This document shows positions 27,237-39,680 of a DNA stretch of 64,000 nt, in pieces. The position numbers and the translations under genes are program-made. A model generated the notes under the pieces. The model saw nothing but the letters and a program-made list of their open reading frames with translations, was not told the origin of the DNA and did no database searches. The stretch comes from Camelus dromedarius. Taxonomy: Eukaryota. Location of the stretch: positions 92,194,001-92,258,000 of the forward strand of contig NC_087438.1 in the NCBI RefSeq assembly GCF_036321535.1. Reading direction: 5' to 3'. Position 1 is the stretch's first letter. Each line of letters begins with the position of its first letter.

Positions 27237-28085
27237 CTTCAGAGCATCTGAGTTACGGTGGTACTAATAAAAGCAGCGCTTTGTGAGAATCTGTTTGCCT
27301 GATATTGTTCTAAGTTCTTTACGTGTATTAACTTATTTAATCCTCACAACCCTAAAAAATAGAAAAAAAGAGGTTCTATTTGTATCCCCATTTTAAGGAT
27401 GATGAAACTGGGTTCAGAGATGTTAGCTCACTTGCCTGAAAGTATAGCCAGGGCTCATGCTTTTAGCTACTCTGTTCCCTGGGGTGTACCTACCTACTAC
27501 TCTTTTTAGCTCATTTGCCTGGAGTTTTGTTGAAGAAGGAGCTGAATAAGATGAAGTCATGAACACTTTAGTTCTAGAAAGTGCTCAATGTGTGGCATCA
27601 ACTCAGAAAATCCCCAAGATTTCTTCAACTCCACAACCCTGCTTTAACATTTTACAAACATTTCACAGACTGGTAATGGCCAAGGGCATGAACACAATGA
27701 AAACTTATGATCCTGAATGGTTTCTCCTCCAATTATGCAATGATTTACAAAGTTTGCAGCATAAATTTTCCTGGCAAATGATGCAATGGAAGTTGGGCAC
27801 ATTAACCTTTATTTTGCTTATTAAAATAACCTGTTAAGCTCCTTTTCCACAGTTACAATTGAACTGTTTTTCTATGTTTAGGCAAAATTTGAGATTGTTT
27901 ATTGGTAAGTAGTTTGGTCCTGCTAGTCAATACTGTCTAATGAGTTACTTTTTTGTTGTTGTTGTTAAATATGGTACACAGTCCAAATTTTAGATGTTCT
28001 CCTGCTTCAGACTCCCTTCTACTTTCCTTCCACAAAACTCACGGGACGAGGATTAGATGCAGGAGTTTAAAGAAGTCATCAAATA

Positions 28086-28580
28086 TGTGGTATATTTATA
28101 CAATGGAATACTACTCAGCCATAAAAACTGACAACATAATGCCATTTGCAGCAACATGGATGCTCCTGGAGAATGTCATTCTAAGTGAAGTAAGCCAGAA
28201 AGACAAAGAAAAATACCATATGAGATCACTCATATGTGGAATCTAAAAAAAAAAAAAACACACACACACACAAACAAAGCATAAATACAAAACAGAAATA
28301 GACTCATAGACATAGAATACAAACTTGTGGTTGCCAAGGGGGCAGAGGGTGGGAAGGGATAGACTGGGATTTCAAAATTGTAGAATAGATAAACAAGATT
28401 ACATTGTATAGCACAGGGAAATATATACAAGATCTTATGTTAGCTCATGGAGAAAAAAAATGTGACAATGAATATATATATGTTCATGTATAACTGAAAA
28501 ATTGTGCTCTACACTGGAATTTGACACAACATTGTAAAATGATTATAAGTCAATAAAAATGTTAAAAAAAAACTAAAAAA
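28086..28580 (+). mobile_element. Young 5'-truncated L1 (ORF2 C-terminus, 3' UTR, poly-A) with a 17-bp TSD
   Basis: TSD aaagaagtcatcaaata at 28069-28085 and 28581-28597, at a TT/AAAG site. Uninterrupted ORF2 end MWYIYTMEYYSAIK...SLICGI* (stop at 28246). Confidence 0.9.
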
Positions 28581-30521
28581 AAAGAAGTCATCAAATAGAC
28601 AACATGTAGAAAGTTCTTTGCAGGTCACAAAGGGACTACAATTTGCTATAGACGTTTTCTTACCTACTTTCTCTAAGTAGAGATTTGAACAAGGACTTGA
28701 CATGGTACTTAAAGAAGTGCCCCTTTTTGATTTGGAGAGCTGAACACATGCATTTATCTCTAGTCCCTCCCACTAACATTAGAAGAAGTGAATATCAAAT
28801 ATACCCGTAGGGCAAAGAGTAGGTGAGGTGAGCACCGCAGATGTGTGAACAAAGTTTTGGGCTGAAAATTGGCCAGAAGAGTGAGCAGAGCTAATTAAAA
28901 AGGAAATCTAAACCTGGCAGGGGTGGGGACATCAAGGAGAACCTAGGTGAGTCACAGCACAGAACCCTGGGAAAGCTCAGGAAATGAAGATGCCGTGTGC
29001 CATGGAATGCGGAGGTGCCACCTATGACTGTGAGTGGGTACTGCCCAAGTCTGCAGCAGGAACAGCTGGACCCATCCCAAGCAACTAAGGGACCACCCCT
29101 CCCCCAGCCCATCAAGAGACTAGGGATTGATTCTGTGCAAGAGTTAAAGCAAAGAGGCTCCAGACAAATGAACTCCAGGCATGGTGAAGACTGGGGTAAG
29201 AGATGCAACATTGGGATAAAAAGGGATTAGGTAGCCCTTTCCATTGCTGGGCTCTAAGATGACCAATTTTCACCAGATAGGTGTGTATCTTTGCCCCATC
29301 TTCCTCTCACCAGAAGACCGGCCAATTCTTTTGAGGAAAAATTTAAACAGAGAGGCTTCAAACCGAAGGGCTCATTAATTAACATATCCCACACTCTAAT
29401 GCAGAGCTTCCAACAGCTTTCTAGAGCCTTACTCTTATAAATGGACAACAAAAGACATTTGAGAAAAGCCTCCAAACTGAAAGAAAAAAACATACAGAAG
29501 AAAAATCATAATTAAGAGGCAGCTCATGTGGGTGGGGATATGAAGCCAGGGAATGGAGTAAGTTTTACCCTCTCATTTCACTGTAAGGACCTAAGTTTCC
29601 TCTCTTAGTAGAAGGTTGCCATCCTACAACCTCAGAGAGACAGGCCAAGTAACAAACAGAAGCCACAAAAATAAATTCCAAGTTTTTTCATGTCTCTGCA
29701 TCCCATTCTCCACTGTCAAGACACGTAGACAGTATCTCCTCTCACCTGGACCATGACAATAGCCCCCTAAATCCCAGAAGGTCTCCCTGCTTAAGACTTG
29801 TCTGTCAAACACAGAACACTGCAATGATCTTTTAAAAAATGAATCTAACCATTTTAGGCCCTCGATTAAACACTCTTAAGGGCTTCCTATTGAACTTGGC
29901 ATAAAAATCCCATCCCCTTGAGCTGTCTGACTTGCCCTTGTATCCTCTGCTCTGCTGGTTTCTTCCACCTCATCTTCTCTGACTCCACTTGGCGATCCAC
30001 TCACTCTCTCTCCTTCCTCACTTACTTGTTATACCCAGTTCTTTCTGGTCTTAGAAGGCAAGCTTGTTCTCATCTCCCTTTGTTCTGCCGAGAAGTACAT
30101 GGCTGCTTATGTTGTTTAATTGTTTACTGCCCGTCTCTCCTCACTGTAACAGAAGTTCCCTGAGAGCAAGTGCCATGTCTATCTTGTTTACCATCCTTAC
30201 ACTAGCATCTAGAGCAGTCCCTGGCCCAAATGTGCCCAAGAAATATTTACTGAATAGGTATTTGTAGTTTAAAAGACTCAAAGTTTCAAGGGTAGAGGTA
30301 AAATGTTAAGATGAAAAAATGCTGAACCATTAATTCCATCAGGAGGTATCGAAACTTCATTGATGTTAGGGTCAGCATTTCCCTTGACCCAAGTAAGTTT
30401 CAATTGTGAAAAATTCTAACCTAGTGTAACAATGTCAATACCCTAGTTGTGACAGTATGCTATAGCTGTGCAAAATATCATTGAGATAACTGGATAAAGG
30501 ATATACGGTGTCTCTTTCTCT

Positions 30522-30635
30522 TTTGGGGGACGAGGACGTAATTAGGTTTATTTATTTTGTGGAGGTACTGGGGAATTGAACCCAGGACCCTTTGCATGCT
30601 AAGCACATACTCTACAATCGAGATAGACCCTCCCC
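30522..30635 (-). mobile_element. tRNA-Ala-derived SINE (vic-1-like) nested in an L1M 3' remnant (about 30410-30690)
   Basis: ggaggtactggggaattgaacccaggacc...gcatgctaagcac is homologous to the other copies. Confidence 0.8.
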
Positions 30636-32899
30636 TCTTTATTTCTTACAATTGCATGTGAATCTCATTATCTTTTAAAAGTTTAATTTAAGAAATTCTC
30701 GAAGTAAGATAATTTAGTATTCATTCAGCCAGCTTATGTAGTACAACCCCCAAAATGTCTTTCTCCAGAGAATGTTCTAAGGTGACACATGCTCACTGAT
30801 GGAACTTAGGGTGAAAAAGGAAGTCTCCATTTCTGGTATGTGACCTATTTTTCCTGGAGCTGAGGACATCAGACTCTGTTCTTAACCACACACAGTAGCT
30901 GACGCATAGTCAAGGTTCAATAAATATTTATTCAACGGGCTAATTATTTCTGAGAAGGCCCAAATGACATTCAGGCACAGGCTGCAAACCCCTAACACTC
31001 CCCGTTATAGCATTCCCATGTGCAAAGACTTCAGCACCAAACACAGGCCTATAAATGACTCTAAACCATTCACAAAGCATTTATTCTTATTAAGATGTCC
31101 AAAATGTACAAGTGGCCCTTATCTACACATAACTCACTACTCAGTGCTTCCATACAAATTGTATTACATAGTAAGGTAGGGCAGAGAAATACTGTCAGGC
31201 CAGCTATAAAATCCTGTTATTTAAATGGATACTGAAATAGTCCTAGTCTTACTGAAAAATCTAGGCCCTTTCCAAAAACTGACTAGTAAATCTGTGGTTT
31301 GGTAATTAACCACATGAAGAGAACCTACTTCACTTGTCAATTCTGGTAAAGGACTGAGTGTCCGAATCTCCTGGTTGTGTTTATATTTAGAGAACAGTTA
31401 ATTTATAAAACAGCTTAGTTTTCTAATGTATCAATCCATTTAGCCAATCTATATACCTAAGAAATGTTTTGGGGATTTACATCCTCTAAATAATCTAAAG
31501 AATATTTTCAATGTTTTAATTTCACTTCAATTATTTTATAAGTTAAAATCCCTCCGAAGTTGCAAATTAAAATCCACTGCTTAAAGTTTTGAGATAAAAC
31601 AAGTTCTTTCATTGGAGCATCTCTCCTTTATGGCTTATATAGCCATGAATACCTCCCTCCTTTGCCTTATGCCAGAACTTCATTTTTCCCAGAGGCTGTC
31701 TAAACTGAGTTCTAAATCACATTCAGTGGCTGCTGCCCTTGAAGCTGATTAGGAAAACGCCAAGTATTTAACATAACACAGGAGTTGTTTTAAACTGATA
31801 AAAGCAGGAAACTCAGAGCTGAAGGTGAACCCAGCTCCTGACATGGCCCATTGTTCCTTGGCACACTAAGGCACTCATCACATTAGGTGACCTCCTATCT
31901 CATCTGGACTAAATTCCAAACCTGAATGCATCTATTTAAGGTAGATGTAGCCTCATCCTTGAATTTCCAGATCGAAATCACTGTTGTCCTTTCCCATTTA
32001 TTTTCTAAAGCAGTAGCTTTTATCAAAGTAACCGAAGAAAAACAGGTTTCATACGGAGGAGGCAGTTGGGAGACTATTAGATCCTCCTCAGTTGTGTAGA
32101 AGAGAATCTTTGAAATTTAAATGTAGCAGATATATAAGCCCTGAGTATTAACACTGTCCAATGAATGAAAGAGACTAGATTTACAAATGAAGCCTAAGGG
32201 TGGAGGGGGAGGCGGCAAGCTTAGAGTTCTTCGAGCTATCATTACTCAGCTGTAGCCTCACCACACTGTGCCTAAGTGTCTGAAGTCAATTTTAGAACTT
32301 ACCTATACGGATGGACTATTTTTCTAGTCCTCGTTTTGGCATTGACTAATACTTAACTTCCATCAGAACCACCCCTTCATTTTCTTCTTTTCAAAACCTT
32401 CTGATTACAGACCATATTCCTTACTCAGCCACAGAACTAGGCCGTGGAAAAAGACAGAAACAACAAAGCAAAACAAATTCCCCTGTTTCAAGGGGGAAAA
32501 AGTCAGTTTAGGGTAACTGGGGAGCTATGAAGAACCCTTAAAGTTGATAGATTCCATTCTGTCCATTTGACAACAGCCATATTTCAAGGAGATTTACCTT
32601 CAAATAGGCTCATTTGTATCCTCCCACCATTACTCATGCCCTTGCCATTCTATACTGCTAGGAATGACAGAGGATGATTCAAAACCCTTGAAATACCATT
32701 TCTCTCTTATACTTGCAACATCATTTACAAATAATGACTCCTTCAGGTTACACAAGATGGCAAAGTTATTTGGAAATTGGGCCACCTAAAAACTTGTTTT
32801 CCATCCTATTTTTCTGAAAAATGTTTTTTAGAGGAAAAAAATCATGAGCAGGTAATAGAGCATTTCTGTCTGTATGTGCAGTAATGTGTATGCAACATA

Positions 32900-33400
32900 G
32901 CACTAGGAAACAATTAAAAAATGAAGTTAAGAAAACAATTCCAATTTATAGATATTAACTAATATATATAAGATAGGTAATCAGCACGTTTCTACGGTAT
33001 AGCACATGGAACTATATTCAACATCTTCTAGTAAGCTATAATGAAAAAGAATATGAAAAGGAATATATGTATGTAAATGCATGACTGAAACATTATGCTG
33101 TACACCAGAAATTGACACAGCATCATAAACTGACTATACTTCAATAACGTTTAGAAATTTAAAAAAAAATTCCATTCCCAATAGCATCAAAAAGAACAAA
33201 ATACCTAGAAATCAATTTAACAGTGGAAAGCACAAATCATACTTAAAAAACAAAACATTGTTGAAAAAAACGAAAAAAGGAACTAAATAGATGGAAAACA
33301 TCCCAGGTTTGTGGAATGAAGACTTAACATTGTTAAGATGACAATATATCTCTAACTAATTTAAATCAAAATCCCAGCTGACTTCTTTAGACACTAAGCA
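32900..33400 (+). mobile_element. L1 3' end (about 32950-33170) nested in an older L1 ORF2 fragment
   Basis: gtatagcacatggaactatattcaa...acattatgctgtacaccagaaattgacac (L1 3' UTR) is followed by aattccattcccaatagcatcaaaaagaacaaaatacctag (ORF2). Confidence 0.65.
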
Positions 33401-34494
33401 CCAAGCAAAGATCATTTACAAGAAGTACTTCTTACGATCTTAGTTTGTAGAGCAGGGTTTTACGAACTCTGAAACAGAAATCACTGCATTAGCCCCAACT
33501 CTGTACCTCCAGGGCTCTCTCAGGGTAGATTTTACAGGAAAGCCCTCATACCCAAACAAGGCCCGCTCTGTAACATAACCTAGCCGCTGCCAACTTCATT
33601 TAGTGCTAACAGTACTAAATCCACCTGGAAAAAATCTATGGGGGTGGAGTGATAGGAGCTGAGGGAAAGCAGCAAAAACCAACCAACAAAGGAAAAAGTG
33701 CTTCTTGACCTCCTTCCAAAGGGTCAGAAATTTTAACTATATAAAGGAGATGGTACATTTCAAAAAAAAAATCTTGAACACTGCATTTTCTTGGGAAAAT
33801 TTGCAAGCAATTTCCTTTAAATAAATGGGACAAATGTTACTGTTTGATGTGAGTCAGCTGATTTACACTAGCCATCTAAGGAGCAAAGTTAGCACCAATC
33901 ACAAATACAACAGAAATGGGTTACATTGCATATTCTCTAGTCTAGGGACTCTCACCTGATGGGGATTTAGGGAGAAGTTAGTGTCTTTCACTCGGCAAAA
34001 GGGATAAAAAGTTGAGCCAAGACTAGCTTTTCAATATACTTTCTCTCCCCATCAAATGACAATTAAAAAGCAAATCTTTAATTAAAGTTACACACAATTT
34101 TTGCCACTGACAGAAATTTATTCTTCCATTAAACAAGACTACAGCACTCTGAATTGTCTATTCAGTGCTGCAATCCCAACCACAATTTATGCTAATTAAG
34201 TTTTTACGTCAAAAACAAGACTCCTCCGAAAAGAAAAAAATAACTCAGGGAAAAAAATTTAAAGCTCTCCAAAATAATGGCAACTCATTTACACTTGGAA
34301 ATAAAAAAGGCAGATGTTAGCCCTTTACACTGACAGGTACTGCCGAATGTGCTAATCTACACAGGCCCCCCTTTACACGACGCACACTGCCTTATAGAGA
34401 TCTGACACACGAAGCTTTCTCCTGAAGGCACAGATAGGCACACAGCATTTATTTTGCCTGAGAGGCTCAAGGTTTTAGTTTAGAGGGCCCGATG

Positions 34495-37098
34495 TTAACG
34501 ACAGGTGCACTGAGTGGCTATCATATCTTCATATTCTTTATAAGCAATTGAGCCATCAGTCTCAATGGTCAAAACACTCAAAGGGCTGTACTTGGCAGGC
34601 ACACAGGACGAGTGCGGCACTGAGGGGTCGAGCTTTTCGTGGATGACGTTCTGCACCATGGTGTGAACCGGGGAGCCGTACCGATGTCCCGCTGCCCTCG
34701 GACAGTCCCCTTTACAGTATCGAGGGTTGTATTTGCGTGGGGCCACAATCCAGTTGTCCCACTTCAGCTGACTAAAGCTAAGTCTAAAGTCGTGGAGCTC
34801 ACACTCATTCTGGGGAAAAAGAAACTGTTTGAAGTATTCACTCAGATTGAGTGAAGCTGGAACCAGAGGCTTCTTCAATTCAGAGCTGACCGTTTCCTGA
34901 TCTCTCCGGTGACGGGAAGCTCTTACAGGCTCAGCAGCCTCTTCTCCCGTGGGATAAGTGGACAGCCCTCCCTTCTGGTCAGGAACATGTGAAGGCCTCC
35001 TTTTATGGTGGTGGGAATACCGCCTGTGATAAGCCTCAGCACTTGTGTCATTCAGATATAAAAGCAGTGAGGGGGGCACCAGGAGAGTCGTATGAAGTGG
35101 ACTTGTCTGTGCTGAAGGACGCTGCGGCTGGGCTGTCAGACATGTAAAATTTACAGACATGTGAATACTCCTCCTGTTGGAGGCCACTAGGGGCTGAAGG
35201 AGAGCGGTCACATCAATCTCAATCCATTTGTATTTCTTTCTAAATTCAAACTGTGAGTTAACGGTAAATGAGTTTGGAGCTTTAGGGGGAGTCTTGCTAG
35301 AAAGCTCTGGCTCTTTAATCACCAGGTTAAACACACATTTAGCAGGAGAAGGAAAAGCAACGGAATTGCTGAAAGTGTATAGCAAGACTGACTTGAGTAA
35401 ATGTTCAACAGCAGTAACACGATCCAGGTTAAACAGCAGGTCCACTGATGGAAGGGTTCCTGAGAAGAAAAACAATCCACCAGTAGTGCTCAATACAAAT
35501 GGAACATAGCAGGAAGTCAAATCAAGGAGTTAGTACCTCAGTATGTGCTTTTGCCCCTCTTTTCCCACTTTCTCAAGCCTCAAAACAAAAGCGGGGGTGA
35601 GATGGGAGTTATGAAGAAAAAGCAGATAATCAGCGCTTACAGCTGGGTACTTTATCACCAGGAAGTCAGAGCCGCTTTGGTGATAAATTAAAACAGGGGT
35701 CTCTACATTCTGAAGTTTCAGAATCTAAATAATTTGCTCCAAACACAGGGAATGCTAAAAAGGAAAGCATTATTTTTCTCTTGGAGAGTCTGTAAAGGGA
35801 AAACTACACCAAAATAAACACTTAGTGGCAGGGGGAGGGTATAGCTCAGTGGTAGAGTGTGTGCTTAGCATGCATGTGGTCCTGGATTCAAGCCCCAGTA
35901 CCTCCATTAAAAAATAAATTAAAAACCTAATTAGCTCCCCACCCAAAAACTTAGGGAAAAAAAGAAAAAACACTTACCAGGCTTGTTAAGGCATTCTAAG
36001 TCCTTATTGAAAGAGTCAATAAAGAAAACTTACTGTCTATGTTAATTGGGAACACTTGAGACTGACAACAGACGCTCAAAAACCCACTATAATAAAATAG
36101 GACATCAAAGAAGGGTTTTAACGAGCCACAACTGACCTGCTGGGTTAGAAGTCAGGAGCTAGTGAATATTGTTTTTGTTTTTTATAGTGCTGCTCCCTTC
36201 TCTCACACACCCAAGACTGTCAGCTAACACTGCGTTCTTACAAAGATCCACTGGGACTTAAGCTTTCCACTCACAGCAAAAACTACAGAGAAAACATTCT
36301 GTTTCATAAAGCACACCAATAGCTGTAAAAGGTATTTTAGGCTCATTTCCAGTCCAGCATTGGTAGAATGGGAAGAATAAGCAACTGGAAGTCAAAATGC
36401 CTGGTTTCCAGTCTTGATTTTGTGACCCTGGACAAGACACTAACCCTAGCGGCACTTTCATCAGCCTACTGAGCCATTAAGTCTCTTCTAGCTCTAAAAT
36501 TCTATCATATTAACCCACCGTAACTCATGAGGACATAAGGAGGAAACAGTAAGTTCAAGTACCAGATTTGCTTGGATTTTGATATTGAATAATTGCAAAG
36601 TAAAATGCCGTTCAAGGCGCAAAACACAGCTCCTTTCTGTAATGGAAAGGAGAAGGTCTATCATCTTCCCTCTACCCATTACCCAATCTGCTCCTACACA
36701 CCTGTTGCCTGGTCCCCAGGAGCCTGCTTGTGCTGGGTACAGGGGGTGAAGAGCCGAACAGTGTTGTAGAGGGGACTTCTGTTGGATTTGGGGATCCCCT
36801 CCTTGGTAGCATATGCCATATAGAGCCTCTTCATGTAGCGCAAAGCTCTGGCGTCTGGCTGCAGCCTAGGGGCCCCATCTGGCCCATCATAGAGAACTTT
36901 GAAGAGAGGGGAAAGGAGGCCAGATCTGTGTCTCTCATCTAGAGGCTGTAGCAAAGACCAAGGCTGAGCCTCAGATTCCAATGCAGCACTAGCGGCAATC
37001 TGAGCTTCTCTGCTAGAAGCCTGAGAACCAAGGCTAATAGGAAAATAAAGCCAAGCAAAGCAGCAAAACCAAAGGAAGAATTTGCTGGGAAGTGCCAT
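34495..37098 (-). CDS. GDF9: Growth differentiation factor 9 precursor, 453 aa
   Basis: Exon 37098-36702 (397 nt) plus exon 35459-34495 (965 nt), GT-AG, 1362 nt in total. Signal peptide, RHRR furin site, and a 135-aa mature TGF-beta domain with six Cys and Ser in place of the inter-chain Cys. Confidence 0.98.
35831..35950 (+). mobile_element. tRNA-Ala-derived SINE (vic-1-like) in the GDF9 intron, antisense to GDF9
   Basis: gggggagggtatagctcagtggtagagtgtgtgcttagcatgcatgtggtcctggattcaagccccagtacctccattaaaaaataaa. Confidence 0.9.
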
Positions 37099-37174
37099 GG
37101 CTTGGAAGAATTAGCAAGGAGCACATTTCCCCATACCAGTCTTCCTCCTACAAACCAGGAAGAGCCTCGGTTGG

Positions 37175-37250
37175 TCTCTTAAATAAAATTTAGGTGTGTG
37201 GGTGGGCTAGGTTCACGTCTGTAATCAGACCTCAAGGATGCCCAGCTGAA
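37175..37250 (-). promoter_or_regulatory. GDF9 proximal promoter: TATA-like TATTTAA and E-box CAGCTG (37243-37248)
   Basis: Motifs seen 80-150 nt upstream of the ATG. A proximal CAGCTG E-box is known to matter for mouse Gdf9 ovarian expression; equivalence here is inferred. Confidence 0.5.
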
Positions 37251-38679
37251 GATAGTTCTATCAGCTATATGTCAAACACCTGACAGAACCCTATTTATCC
37301 AATTTGTCCTCCTTACATATGGATATATTTGGTTATTTAGCTTTCCTCTTCCTTTTCCCTGGCATTTATTTAAAATGTCTTAAGTTATCATTATACTAAT
37401 GGTCTAATCATGTAGCTGAAAGGCTAAGAGAAATTGAGGACTGATCTTAAAATAAAACCACTCATTTTTTCAGAGCGAGTAGGATTCTTAAAATGTTCCT
37501 TAGGTATTTGCTGAAACTTCCAAGGCATATGGAAAAGCTAATTATTCACAATGTTTGGCAGATCTGTGGGTATGCAATTTATGGTATTGGGTTTACTCTT
37601 CTTTATCCTCCCCACCGCTCCCATTTTCAGGTGCTTAGAATAATTATTTACTGCATGCTGATTTGGAGGGTGAGAGAAAGTCGCAATTGGCATTGAAATT
37701 CCAGAGAGCAGAAAACTGCTAAGTTGCATAGTTCTCTGAGGTAGCTTAATAAGGATATGTACTTGGATTACTGCAACATGCCTTAAAAAGGAGGATGTCA
37801 CCTTTAATCTTGACTCATTTTATAACACCTTGATGCCTTCACTTTGGTCTGCACATTTGCCTACACAAACTTTGCTTGAAAGGTCTATTCTATACATCTT
37901 TGCAGGTGCTAGAAAATAAAGTTTTATTTGTTTTTCATTAATCACTCAAATGGTGGTAGAATTTGCTAGGGTATTTTTGTTCTTAACTCTTGTAAGTATT
38001 TATGTTTCTGCCTCTGAGCGGAGATCAGGTTAGAGATTATGTTTCAGAAAAATGAGACAAGGGTGCACCTTGGATAGCTGAAATGAGAGGATATCCAGTG
38101 CCACCCCTAAGGAGACTGTTTTCTGAGAGAAAGTCAACCTACACTCACAGTACAAGATACAGAACCAGTCTATGCAGGGCCTGGGCTGATAAAACTAAGG
38201 TATATAAGTAAATTTTAAGTTTAATTTGTAAATTGCCTGCCAAGCTTCCCCTAGCCGGTCACTGGTAAGCAGGGTTATAAAACGCACTCAAACTGTTGAA
38301 TGCAAACTTGGATCTAGATTACATACGGCTAGCAATTCCATGAACAAAACATGTACAGACATGCTGCATCAAGTGGGAAAGTCAGTCAGCTGCACAGGAC
38401 AGCAGCATTCTTAAGTAGAAAGCACTTTCCCAAAAATGATATCGCCTTACACACGTTCCTGCCTCCCTCCCTGGGAAGTGGAGCGAATTGTGGGCAACCT
38501 GACAGTCCGTCCCTGGCCAAGCCCTGTCGTGGAGAGGGGAGAGCTGGCTGCTGTGAAGGTCGCCTCTTCCTTCCCTCCTCCCACCACTAACAGTTGTTCA
38601 GCAGTTGCTGGACAATTATGTGAAGTCTGTTGTGGCTGGATTTGAGGAAACGTTTTAATCTCTCCTGGAAAAGTCTACA

Positions 38680-39680
38680 CTCTGCCACTGTAATCCGGTG
38701 GCTGCCAAGAGAAGTCCCAGTTCCGTGTCCTTGACTCGGGTCCTGGGGTCAATGATGGTCTGAACATAACCGATCCCAGTTCCAGCCACTGGACAGGACC
38801 GTATAAAACCTCGTGTCGGCTGCCAGGCGGCACCTCCTCCGGCCTCCGGGGCGCTCTCCACCGCGGGAGGACACCGGCCTTTAGCGCGCGGCTGTCTCGA
38901 CCCTCGAAGTTGGCAGTCACCTTGCTCTTCACCTCTTGGTCCCGCCCAGCTCTGGCCGCCTCCAGCGGCTCCTCAGAAGGGCGAAGACCCAAGAGAAGCT
39001 AGAGGGGCTCGGGGGGTACCCCCGTCCCAGTGCCCGCCAATCGTGCTAGGCCCCACCCCCCGCCCAAGCACCGCCCACCACACGTCACCTGTCCAGGGCA
39101 CTTCTCTCCCGCACGGAGGAAACGGCGCCTCCCACTGGAGACGGCCGGGAAATTGCGCTCCCGGAAGTGACGTCACCGCCTCCTAGCGCGGCGCCCGGCC
39201 CTACCGGAAGTGGCGGGCTGAGGCCGGTGGATCCCGTACTGTGGAGGGCGAGGTGACCTCGGTGCGGGGGTGAGGTTCTGCCGCCCGATCTCGGTGGCCT
39301 CGGGAGGGTGGGGGCGCCGCCTAGGCTGGGAGAAACGGGGGACGCCGGGGAGGGTCTCGGGTTGGGGGCGGCGCGTCCCGGGCTTGAGCCCAGCGTCTGT
39401 CCTCCCTCCGTACTGCAGGCGCCGCTGCGACCATGGGCCGCGAGTTTGGGCACCTGACGCGGATGCGGCATGTGATCACCTACAGCTTGTCGCCCTTCGA
39501 GCAGCGCGCCTTTCCGAACTACTTCAGCAAGGGCATCCCCAACGTGCTGCGCCGCACTCGGGCGTGCATCCTTAGGGTCGCGCCGCGTGAGTTCCTTGGC
39601 TAGGCGGGGGTCTGGACTTCCATCCACCGTGGGAACGGCGGGTCCCCTCAGTGAGCGCTCTGCGACGGGCGGGCGCCCTG
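38680..39680. promoter_or_regulatory. CpG island and UQCRQ promoter with an overlapping ETS-CRE element and a second ETS site
   Basis: CCGGAAGTGACGTCA at 39161-39175 and ACCGGAAGTG at 39203-39212, typical GABP/CREB sites of nuclear-encoded respiratory-chain genes. Confidence 0.8.

Noticed and set aside
27953-28246. 97-aa ORF as a novel gene
   Set aside because: Its second half is the L1 ORF2 C-terminus fused by chance to flanking sequence, and it starts at a non-ATG codon.
35176-35194. CTCF-like ggccactaggggctg in GDF9 exon 2
   Set aside because: It mismatches the last core positions and is explained by coding sequence.
3581-35950. tRNA-Ala-like sequences as tRNA genes
   Set aside because: Acceptor stems are degenerate, and they share a non-tRNA 3' tail and in one case a clear TSD. 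They are SINEs.
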